DNA from: Candidatus Thalassarchaeaceae archaeon
Lineage (GTDB): Archaea; Thermoplasmatota; Poseidoniia; MGIII; CG-Epi1
Length of the DNA stretch: 42,595 nt
Direction: 5' to 3'
NCBI GenBank assembly: GCA_963577905.1
Contig: CAUYZR010000002.1
Coordinates: forward strand, 1 to 42,595
Shown: one piece after another, positions 25,677-34,097 of the stretch
Layout: each line of letters starts with the position of its first letter
Position numbering within the stretch: position 1 is the stretch's first letter
Position numbers and translations under genes: made by a program
Notes under the pieces: model-generated
Database searches by the model: none
Seen by the model: the letters and a program-made list of their open reading frames with translations, nothing else
What the model was told of the DNA's origin: nothing

Positions 25677-28600
25677 CAGTTTACCTCCCTATTTTCCGGT
25701 TCTAAACCAATTCCCTGATCTGGGTTATCAGGTCTCTTTGGAACTTCAGGTATCAAACCTCTTTCAGACAAAAGTAAACTTACCAGAATGACTAGGCCGA
25801 TCATAATTAATTTAAGATAAACAAGATTAATCTGTAATTTATCCGGAGTAAGTGTTCCAAATGATGCAATTATGGATAAATCACTATTCACTTTTCCAAC
25901 TACATCCAAAACAAACCAAGCAAAGAATTCATCGATTCCAGCAACACTATCATGGAATTGGCTATCTATATCTCCTCGAGCAACAACCATCAAATTGAAT
26001 ACAAATTCAGTCAAGACTATTATAAAGGCACCAATAACCATTCCTTTATTGTTAGCCCGTCCCCCAACAATAAAAGCGGCCCAGATAAGGAACGTGGACT
26101 TCACTGGATTGATAAAATCATCCAATACACTCATATTCAACCAAGCCCAGAGACCTCCACCAAAACCTGCAATGGCACCACCTACCGCTAAACTCATAGC
26201 TTTATGTTGGAACACATTATGACCATGATGCATAGTTACCTCTTCATCCTCTCTTATAGCTCGCAGGATCCTTCCCCAAGGCGAGGATAACATCATTTTT
26301 ATGAGAATCCAAATAAAGAAAAATGAAATTAGGGCTATTACTGCAAGCATTACTGTGTAAGGGGCTGCCTGTCCTAAATTGAACCACTCACCCACGGAAT
26401 CATCGAATGTAGATGCATACCAATTCTCTAATGGTAAATCATACAATTGAATACCTATTGCCGTTGTTCCTGTACCGGCCCTAAGAAGAGGCTCAGCTCG
26501 CATAGAAATTCTTACAATCTCACCTAATGAAATTGTCACTATTGCAAAATAATCCATACGAAGACGGGCCGTTGGGTAAGCAAGAAGCCAACCTGCAATC
26601 CCAGATACCAGAACTGCTGCAAAGAGTCCATAAATAGGTGACCAGCCGTGTCCCCCAGGTCTATCCTCTGGGACTGTCAGAAGACCTAGTGTTACAGCTC
26701 CAATTCCTGCAAAGAAAATAACACCAAAATTTGTCATTCCTGTTATACCAGTATGCAGATTCAAGGAAAAGGCTAGAATTGAGAATACACAAACTAAAAC
26801 GATTATCCTCGATATTTGCATTGCTTTCGTGAAATTTGTAACACTCGGTAACCACCAGGCAAGGTACATCAAGATTACCAAGAAAAATACAAAAGTAATC
26901 CATGAACCACGTTCACTGGAACGTCCATACTGTGCCTTAGAAGGTGGCATTATAGCATTCCAGAAAGTACGTTGCAAACGTTCGGCACCATCTGAGACGA
27001 AATCAGATATCGGATTAATCGAATATAATATGAAGAAAAGACCAAGCATCTTGATCTGATCAAAAGGAACATAGTTGAACAAGATTATACCAAAAAGCAA
27101 AGGAAACGGCTTCACGTTCGTTAGAATCTTCTCTTTGAGATTTCGGAAGGATTTATTCTGGGCTACCTCCTCCATAAAACGAGAAAGTGTACCAAATATC
27201 AAACGGTGTGCATCATTGAAACCGAATAGTAAAAAGAGATATGCTAACTCTCTTACATACATTTTAGATTCTGTTTCTCTAACCAAACCAGGCTCTATCA
27301 TATCTTCAAGGTATAGTAATAATCCGGCTATCAAAATAAATTGTGGATTTAACCGATGAAATATCTCTGCTTTCGATTTAAGGATTGCAAGGAGCAATAC
27401 TGCAACACCCAGAACTATGAATACTAGATAGAACAAATCTATTATGTAATAAATAATTCCAGAACCAGAGGTCACGCTATCGAGGAAATAAACAAAAGCT
27501 GTGAATAAAACGCATCCAAATATCATAGCCCATTTCTGAACTTCAGTAAGTGCCTTCAACTTTTTGCTAAATTCACTAAATAGACTTGTTAAATCACCCC
27601 TAAGAAAAAATGATGAAAAAACAACCATCAATAGACCTGAGGCTTGAAGAACCAAAAACAATACATCTAAAGAAAGGAAAATGAGACCACGGCCGGAGAT
27701 TAGATAATCTATTACATAAAAAATGAAGAATATTACAAAACCTGAACCAAAAAGTTGGCCTTTCTGTTTAGAGGACGAGCTACTAACCTGAACAAAGATT
27801 CGGGCACTGAATTCTTTGAGTTCAGGAAGATAGGCTGCTATAGATGAGTACAACATTATCAAGCCGAACACCTCCAATAAAAGATAGATAAAATCAATCG
27901 TATAGTAAATGGTACCTTTACCGGAAGTGTAGATATCTAGAACACTAACAATCATTATCTGAAGTATACCTGCAGCAAAAACAATACCTTTTTGTGGCTT
28001 GTCAAATTTTCTCAATTGATCTTTAACAAAGGGTATTTCAGGCAGAGATAGTTTAGTTTGAGGTAGAGCGAATTTAGGTAAAGCAAATGAGAAGGAATCC
28101 TTGCGTCTCCTGGTTCTTTCAATTCTCCAGTTTTCTAATGCCTCTCCTATCCCCTTTGGCATTATCATCAATACTGCTATCAAGAACAGGTAAGGCATAG
28201 CCTCCCCGAAATCTGCGTAGGAAGGCCTGCCCAATACACTACCTGTACCTATCAAGACCGGTTCAGAGATTGAACGTACAAGGCCAATAATTACTGAGGC
28301 AATCAAAGCCCCTCTAACAGAACCGAGGGTTCCAAGAACTACAACTGAAAATGCGGGTAGGAGTATACTGAGACCTACTTCTGGATTTATACGAACATAC
28401 ATGCCAAATAGTACGCCTCCAAAACCTGAGATGCCAGCAGCTAGGAATGCAGTGGTCATGTGTACGCGTTCAACATTAATTCCAGAAGAGGCTGCAAGAT
28501 CTGGATTATCGGCCACAGCACGCATCTGACGGCCTAACCTAGTCAAATTAAGCATGAATAGTAAAAGAATTACAGATGCGAACACGCCAATAATAAATGC

Positions 28601-29965
28601 CGCTTTAGTGTACTGAATAAAATAAGCAGAGTCTTGAATCTCATAGAAAGGCAAATACTCAATTACATTACAGATTTCAGATTCAGAGTTCCAATTGGAT
28701 GAGAAATTGTCTAGTTTTCCTCCCTCTAAACAAGCTGTTTGATCCATACCATTATAGCTCTTCTCAACTTCTCTATCGCCAAAACGAAGGCGTACAGTTT
28801 GACTAATCCAGGGATGCCAAAATGAATCAGTACCGTGAGAAATTTCGTACCTAGAGTCCGTTAAACGCCAATCAATATCTGGGACGAACAGATATTGGAC
28901 TGCACCATATCTAAGATATAAGATCCCTCGAAGAATCATAGCAACACCCAAAGATGCAATCATCATTGCCTGCGGTAGAGCATTTTTCTGCCTGAATCGA
29001 CGGTAAACTAGTCTGTCAATAATGATGCCTAGGAAACCTGTTAGGATAAATCCAGTTACGCAAGCCCAGAATAATAGATCCCACGTTAAAATCCCATCTT
29101 TAGGGAGATCAGTATTGTAAACTTTCTGGCCGTCTATTAATGTGGTAAAAAATGGACTCCACATCATCGTAAAACCAATATAGGCCCCAAACAACATTAT
29201 CTCAGCCTGAGCAAAATTACCAAAACGCTGTACTTTGTAGGTTAAAGTCAGCCCCACTGCTATGGACAAATACGCAGCAGCCCAGTAGAATCCAGTAAAG
29301 AGTGTTGAACTTAAATTGAAAGTTGGTGATGCCAAACTTTCCTGCCCAACAAATAACTGTTCTAGACTGAATGCAAAGACAAACATGATTGCAAGCGGTG
29401 ATAACAAAACCGCAATTGTTCGGAACCAACCTTTGGAATTGTTTAAAAGTGAAAAAAGAATATACATGCTAGACAGGACAAATTCAAAGAACTGAAGAAT
29501 CCAGAGTGGATCGCCATAAATTAATAATGAGAACATTCCCGATTGATAACGAAGACCAAGAAAAGCATCAAACAATACGAAAAAAGCGAATTTCAATTCA
29601 GTTGGAATAGAATCCCAGCCATCTCTAAAGAAACGTGAAACTTGTTCTAGGCCAATATCAGTGGCATCTGCAACCTTCTCATCTTTTGGTTTCTCATGGG
29701 AAGTTGAATAGGCATCAGGTAGAAATGAAAATGCTGCCTTCTTGAACAGGTTTCTAAATCCGATAAAACAGGTTATTACAGTTCCAAAAAGAATGAAAAT
29801 ATAGCTTACATGTAAATGTTCCAGTGTCCTATTGTAGTGATTGAAAGGAACCCCTTCCTTCAAATCCTGAATTTGACCTAGACCTAGTAGGAACCCCCCA
29901 ATAATAAGGGTAAAACTAAGTCTCAGCCATCTTTTTTCCGCAACACCTTCTTCGTCCCTATCCAA
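25676..29965 (-). CDS. Giant fused ABC permease: N-terminal TM extension, LivH-like domain, ~390-aa TM linker, LivM-like domain
   Basis: Single 1429-aa ORF. The LivH-like core starts near YLSIAVGLTLTYKVQRFGNFAQAEIMLFGAYIGF and ends near YLFLIAVLMIMPKGI. The LivM-like core includes FSLNLHTGITGMTNFGVIFFAGIGAVTLG and MSLAVGGAIAGFGGGLWA. The two are joined by hydrophobic repeats. Confidence 0.8.
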   Translation of the reverse strand: MDRDEEGVAEKRWLRLSFTLIIGGFLLGLGQIQDLKEGVPFNHYNRTLEHLHVSYIFILFGTVITCFIGFRNLFKKAAFSFLPDAYSTSHEKPKDEKVADATDIGLEQVSRFFRDGWDSIPTELKFAFFVLFDAFLGLRYQSGMFSLLIYGDPLWILQFFEFVLSSMYILFSLLNNSKGWFRTIAVLLSPLAIMFVFAFSLEQLFVGQESLASPTFNLSSTLFTGFYWAAAYLSIAVGLTLTYKVQRFGNFAQAEIMLFGAYIGFTMMWSPFFTTLIDGQKVYNTDLPKDGILTWDLLFWACVTGFILTGFLGIIIDRLVYRRFRQKNALPQAMMIASLGVAMILRGILYLRYGAVQYLFVPDIDWRLTDSRYEISHGTDSFWHPWISQTVRLRFGDREVEKSYNGMDQTACLEGGKLDNFSSNWNSESEICNVIEYLPFYEIQDSAYFIQYTKAAFIIGVFASVILLLFMLNLTRLGRQMRAVADNPDLAASSGINVERVHMTTAFLAAGISGFGGVLFGMYVRINPEVGLSILLPAFSVVVLGTLGSVRGALIASVIIGLVRSISEPVLIGTGSVLGRPSYADFGEAMPYLFLIAVLMIMPKGIGEALENWRIERTRRRKDSFSFALPKFALPQTKLSLPEIPFVKDQLRKFDKPQKGIVFAAGILQIMIVSVLDIYTSGKGTIYYTIDFIYLLLEVFGLIMLYSSIAAYLPELKEFSARIFVQVSSSSSKQKGQLFGSGFVIFFIFYVIDYLISGRGLIFLSLDVLFLVLQASGLLMVVFSSFFLRGDLTSLFSEFSKKLKALTEVQKWAMIFGCVLFTAFVYFLDSVTSGSGIIYYIIDLFYLVFIVLGVAVLLLAILKSKAEIFHRLNPQFILIAGLLLYLEDMIEPGLVRETESKMYVRELAYLFLLFGFNDAHRLIFGTLSRFMEEVAQNKSFRNLKEKILTNVKPFPLLFGIILFNYVPFDQIKMLGLFFILYSINPISDFVSDGAERLQRTFWNAIMPPSKAQYGRSSERGSWITFVFFLVILMYLAWWLPSVTNFTKAMQISRIIVLVCVFSILAFSLNLHTGITGMTNFGVIFFAGIGAVTLGLLTVPEDRPGGHGWSPIYGLFAAVLVSGIAGWLLAYPTARLRMDYFAIVTISLGEIVRISMRAEPLLRAGTGTTAIGIQLYDLPLENWYASTFDDSVGEWFNLGQAAPYTVMLAVIALISFFFIWILIKMMLSSPWGRILRAIREDEEVTMHHGHNVFQHKAMSLAVGGAIAGFGGGLWAWLNMSVLDDFINPVKSTFLIWAAFIVGGRANNKGMVIGAFIIVLTEFVFNLMVVARGDIDSQFHDSVAGIDEFFAWFVLDVVGKVNSDLSIIASFGTLTPDKLQINLVYLKLIMIGLVILVSLLLSERGLIPEVPKRPDNPDQGIGLEPENREVN
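27352..27997 (-). repeat. Three in-frame 228-nt (76-aa) TM-hairpin repeats inside the fused permease
   Basis: The SG-x-G turn codons are at 27914-27925 (SGKG), 27686-27697 (SGRG) and 27458-27469 (SGSG), exactly 228 nt apart. The flanking consensus is [VF][LI]D-x-[YLV]-[TI]-SG-x-G-x-I-[YF]-[YL]-x-[IL]-D-x-x-[YF]-L. Confidence 0.8.
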
Positions 29966-30088
29966 TGTCTACCTCTAGTGATTGAGCAACAATGAAGTCA
30001 CCTATAACTGATAACCGGCTTACCAGAGCGGTGGCCATCAGGACGACGACCACCCCACTCTGCTCGGGTCTTTTCTCTAACAGAGGTT

Positions 30089-32662
30089 TCAGAATCTTCT
30101 GCGGAGAACCAATGCTACACCAATCGCAGCAATAGCTGACAATAGACCAAATCCAGGTACCTCATCAGTTTCTTCCACTTCAGGTTCTGGTTCAGGTTCT
30201 GGTTCTGGTTCTGGTTCAGGTTCAGGTTCAGGTTCTGGTGCTGGTGCTTTTGGTATTCCCTGATCATCAAGGCCAGCAATTAGACCCCATGTGCTGTGAC
30301 AAGTGAATGTTGCAGCACCATCACTATCTAAACCGAAAGTACATACATCATATCCGGAACCTCCAACATCTCCATGGGAGTCAAATACATGAACTCCACT
30401 GGCTCCGGGCTGTGGTGCGCCTGGTCCAGCCACAGTCAAGCCAAGCATTTCCTTTACACCGTCATCTGCTGATGGTGTCTGGAGAGCAATTGCCTGTGCA
30501 AGTCCTATGATTGCAATTGCATCAAACGTCTCTCGAGTATAGATTCCGCCTGCGTAACACTCCACTACATCTGTAGTTGCGGGATCATCAAAAGCTGGAT
30601 TACAAGCTGCTGCTGCATAGAATGAATCAAAGAGCAGAGACAAAGATGAATCTTCCCCAGATGCAGGCTTGGTTGCAGTAATTCCATCCACTGCACTAAC
30701 ATCAGTAAACGTACTTGCGAAATTAATATCTGCAATTCCGTCACCACCAAATATTGAACCGGCAAATCCTTGTGTTGCAAGCTCTTCAGCTATGGTCGCT
30801 CCATCATTAGCGTAGGTAATCATTACCACAGAATCACAGTCGTTATCGGTAACTGCTGCGACTTGGGATGAGAAATCCGTGGTTCCGTCAGCGTATGTTG
30901 CTTCTGCACAAAGGTCACCAGCGTAGTTAGCCTTGAATGAGTCTGCAAAACCGGCACCATAATCATTGGTCATTGAGATAAGTGCTGGGCTTGTATAACC
31001 TGACGCTGCGTAAGTATCAGCGAGGGCCTGACCCTGCTGAGCATCACTTGGTACGACTCTGAAAAGATAACCTCCATCATCGTAATTTGTTATCGCTGGT
31101 GAGGTCGAAGCATAGGATACCATGGGTACTCCTCCAGTCTTAGCAACCTCAATCGCTCCAAGAGTTGCTCCTGAACATGCTGCTCCTGCAATACCAACAA
31201 CTCCAGCATCAATTAGAGTCTGTGCTCCAGTCGCTGCTGTAGTTCCATCACAAGCTGAATCAGCTATTACAATGGAAAACTGAAAGTTCAGTGGTTGTAT
31301 CGTATTCATGTAACCAATTGCAACATTGGCTGCAAGTGAAAATCCTGGTGCATAAACCGCAAGGTCACCAGTCATTGGACTTAACATACCTATCTTGATA
31401 GGTGCTGCACCTGGGAATGATAAACCATCTACTATGTTCCAAGCACCATTACATACAAAGGCCAATGACGGAGCACCATCAACTATTACTGGAACAAACT
31501 GACAGACTGCATAACCTCCTGCTTGCGTTGGTTGTACGTCTCCAGCTGCATCGAAGGTATGTACCCCACTAGCACCTGCATAACCAACACCAAGAGTTGC
31601 TAAATCATCTCTAAGATCACCATCAGTGTCTGCCATTATAGCCTCACCAATTATAGTAACTGCATCATATGTTTCGTGAGTATAGATTGCAGCGCTATGA
31701 TTTCCAGCTGCCCATGCAGTATCGAATGCAGTTCTCTCAGCACTGGTGAAAGATGGGGAAGGCTTTGTAGCAATTACCATGGCTGCTGCAGAAGGATCTG
31801 AAAATTCACCAAGGAAGTTCGCATCTGCAATACCATCACCGCCCATAATAGGGAATGGACAATCTGCAGAACATACCGGTGAGGTTGGACCTTGTATACC
31901 TTGGGTAGCCATTTCTTCAAGAATTGCAGCACCATCCGTAGCATAGGTGACCATAATCAAACTGTCACACTCTGCTGCACCAAGTTGAGTAACCTGTGAT
32001 GAGAAGTCAAGGTTATCCTCAGCATACGCGATTTCTACACACATGTCAACACCTCCGGCTGCATACGCTCCTTTGACTGTACCGGCCAAGCCAGCTCCAT
32101 AGTCATTGCTCATATACATCAAGGCTGGGTTCTGCCATCCGTGAGACGCGGCCATAGATGCCATCGCAGCTCCTTGCCATGCATCACTTGGTACGACTCT
32201 GAATAAGTATCCGTTATCATCTGCAGTAGTTAGCGCTGGTGAAGTTGAGGCGTAGGAAACCATTGGTATCCCTGCCGTAGTCGCTATTGGCTGTGCACCA
32301 AGAGTGGAACCTGAACATGCTGCTCCTGCAATAGCAGAAACATTTGCGTCAACAAGTGACTGTGCTGCAGTAGCTGCCGTTGTTCCGCCACATGCTGAAT
32401 CAGCTTCTACAAGCGAAAAATTGAAGCCTGTCTGACCTGCATTAAGGTGATCAATAGCCATCTCTGCTGCAAGGGTAAAACCCTCTGAATAGACTGCTAT
32501 AGGACCGGTTGCGTCGTTCAACAATCCTATCTTAACATTGACAACAGGATCGTCTGCCGCTGCATTAGCGACTGGGCCTAAACTGAAAATTGGCATCCCA
32601 ACTGATGCCAAAACAGTAAAAGCCACTGCTAGCGTTAATATCTTGCTTGATTTCATAAGCAT
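30089..32662 (-). CDS. Tandem-duplicated LivK/Leu-Ile-Val-type periplasmic binding protein with Pro-Glu linker and PGF-CTERM archaeal anchor signal
   Basis: 857 aa with a signal peptide MLMKSSKILTLAVAFTVLASVG. Two homologous halves of about 375 aa are present. For example, SYASTSPALTTADDNGYLFRVVPSDAWQG pairs with SYASTSPAITNYDDGGYLFRVVPSDAQQG. A (PE)10 linker follows, then PGFGLLSAIAAIGVALVLRRRF at the C-terminus. Confidence 0.85.
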   Translation of the reverse strand: MLMKSSKILTLAVAFTVLASVGMPIFSLGPVANAAADDPVVNVKIGLLNDATGPIAVYSEGFTLAAEMAIDHLNAGQTGFNFSLVEADSACGGTTAATAAQSLVDANVSAIAGAACSGSTLGAQPIATTAGIPMVSYASTSPALTTADDNGYLFRVVPSDAWQGAAMASMAASHGWQNPALMYMSNDYGAGLAGTVKGAYAAGGVDMCVEIAYAEDNLDFSSQVTQLGAAECDSLIMVTYATDGAAILEEMATQGIQGPTSPVCSADCPFPIMGGDGIADANFLGEFSDPSAAAMVIATKPSPSFTSAERTAFDTAWAAGNHSAAIYTHETYDAVTIIGEAIMADTDGDLRDDLATLGVGYAGASGVHTFDAAGDVQPTQAGGYAVCQFVPVIVDGAPSLAFVCNGAWNIVDGLSFPGAAPIKIGMLSPMTGDLAVYAPGFSLAANVAIGYMNTIQPLNFQFSIVIADSACDGTTAATGAQTLIDAGVVGIAGAACSGATLGAIEVAKTGGVPMVSYASTSPAITNYDDGGYLFRVVPSDAQQGQALADTYAASGYTSPALISMTNDYGAGFADSFKANYAGDLCAEATYADGTTDFSSQVAAVTDNDCDSVVMITYANDGATIAEELATQGFAGSIFGGDGIADINFASTFTDVSAVDGITATKPASGEDSSLSLLFDSFYAAAACNPAFDDPATTDVVECYAGGIYTRETFDAIAIIGLAQAIALQTPSADDGVKEMLGLTVAGPGAPQPGASGVHVFDSHGDVGGSGYDVCTFGLDSDGAATFTCHSTWGLIAGLDDQGIPKAPAPEPEPEPEPEPEPEPEPEPEVEETDEVPGFGLLSAIAAIGVALVLRRRF
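30179..30238 (-). repeat. Hexanucleotide coding repeat (CCN-GAA)x10 encoding the (Pro-Glu)10 linker
   Basis: The plus strand reads TTCAGG/TTCTGG ten times. It is in frame within the binding-protein gene, directly upstream of the PGF-CTERM codons. Confidence 0.9.
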
Positions 32663-32821
32663 TCACACCTCGCCGTCATTGCCGGGGGTAAATAAAAGAG
32701 TCCATATCCTACGCGTAGCATAGAAAGAATCGGCTACTAACTGGATTGGGTTGAACAACATAATTAGAGGAACAACGTTATTAACCACATTCATTCAGTT
32801 ACTCAAAAACGGGTAGTTCTA

Positions 32822-33382
32822 ATGGCTGAGGAAAAAAACAAGAGTGCACCTAAATTTGTCTACAATTGCGTTAGATGCGGGCAGTATTGCTCCAAAGTTA
32901 ATGGCGTCCCAGTATACTTTGATGATCTTAGCAGATGGAGGAAAAACGGAACTCTGAGCAGTATAGCACCAAACATAGGGATGGATATGTCTCAAGGATT
33001 CCCGCAACTGATCTTAGAAACAAAAGAAGGTGAAACTGGGTGCCCAATGTATGATTCGGAAAATAAGAACTGTCAGGTATATCATGATATGCCACTCAAT
33101 TGTCAGGCCTATCCTCTGAGTTACAATGGCGAAAAATACTTCGTAACGGACAAGGCTTGCCAAGGATTGGGTCAAGGTGAAATGACAGCTGACCAACTTA
33201 GAACTCAGAGAGATGCAGCCAAAGTCGATTATGATGCAAAGGTTGAGAGCAATACCATTGTTCCTCTGATTTATAGCGTAATAATGGGTGATTTGGTCGA
33301 CCAATCACGAAAAGCCATGGAAAATATGAGTGATGAACAAAAAGACCAAATTCAGAATATTGTGAAGGAGGACGAAGACTGA
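32822..33382 (+). CDS. YkgJ/UPF0153-like Cys-cluster (zinc/iron-chelating) protein
   Basis: 186 aa with N-terminal CVRCGQYC and central GCPMYDSENKNCQVYHDMPLNCQAYP, the C-x-(I/V)Y-x-x-RP-x-C-x-x-(Y/F)P-like pattern of that family. Confidence 0.65.
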   Translation: MAEEKNKSAPKFVYNCVRCGQYCSKVNGVPVYFDDLSRWRKNGTLSSIAPNIGMDMSQGFPQLILETKEGETGCPMYDSENKNCQVYHDMPLNCQAYPLSYNGEKYFVTDKACQGLGQGEMTADQLRTQRDAAKVDYDAKVESNTIVPLIYSVIMGDLVDQSRKAMENMSDEQKDQIQNIVKEDED

Positions 33383-33411
33383 AGCCAGTCCTGCTTTCTA
33401 CACTCAAATTT

Positions 33412-34059
33412 TTGGCACTCCAGGGTGGGACAAGGCATCCAGTGCACATCTCCTCCATCAGGTTGTCAAAGCAACTGCATGTAAGCCAACAATCGGCATC
33501 GAGATATCTGATTGAGTTGGTTGAGAAGGGATATCTGGAAAGGAGATTAGCACAGGGGGGGCAAGTAGTAACCATAATGAATAAGGGAATTGCCATCCTG
33601 AGAAAGGAATTCTCCGAATATGGGCTTATCTTTGGGGCCCAAGAGAAAATAGAAATGAGAGGCATCCTAGAGACCGGGCTCGGCGAGGGTGGTTACTATA
33701 TCTCCAAAAGAGGATATATGGAACAATTTGAAAAGAAACTGAGGTGGCGGCCTTTTGAGGGAACTTTAAACCTAAGGCTGAACGAGGATGAAATACCAAA
33801 AATAGAGGCCATGAAAGCTGCAGAGGGAATATTAATTGAGGGTTTCGAACAGGAAGGCCGGACTTTTGGAAAGGCATGGCTGTTCAAGTGCGGCCTAGAA
33901 AATGGAACTAAAAAGGTCGGAAAGTGTGCCGTAATATCTCCAAAAAGGACCCATTACAAGAGAGTGATAGAGGTTATTTCACCAGTCTATCTAAGAGATG
34001 AGTTTGAAGCCAAGGATGGAGACTCCTTTGTAGTACGAATTAATCTGGGTGATGTTTAA
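33412..34059 (+). CDS. ribK: Archaeal CTP-dependent riboflavin kinase fused to an N-terminal winged-HTH (RbkR-type regulator/kinase)
   Basis: 215 aa. The HTH-like N-terminus is LSKQLHVSQQSASRYLIELVEKGYLER. The kinase blocks are PFEGTLNLRL and ISPKRTHY, as in the MJ0056 family. The track start is TTG. The frame is open back to 33337 without a canonical start, so the 5' end is uncertain. Confidence 0.8.
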   Translation: MALQGGTRHPVHISSIRLSKQLHVSQQSASRYLIELVEKGYLERRLAQGGQVVTIMNKGIAILRKEFSEYGLIFGAQEKIEMRGILETGLGEGGYYISKRGYMEQFEKKLRWRPFEGTLNLRLNEDEIPKIEAMKAAEGILIEGFEQEGRTFGKAWLFKCGLENGTKKVGKCAVISPKRTHYKRVIEVISPVYLRDEFEAKDGDSFVVRINLGDV

Positions 34060-34097
34060 AATAGGATACAACCAATGAAAAAAGAGGCGACAACAAA

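Noticed and set aside
30179-30238. Perfect hexanucleotide tandem repeat considered as a microsatellite or CRISPR-like element
   Set aside because: It is in frame within the binding-protein gene and encodes the (Pro-Glu)10 stalk. It has no spacers and no repeat-spacer architecture, so it is a coding linker.
33198-33665. 155-aa minus-strand ORF spanning the ykgJ-like/ribK junction
   Set aside because: It is antisense to two genes that carry recognisable family motifs. Its sequence is low-information with no motif or coupling context, so it is probably a shadow ORF.
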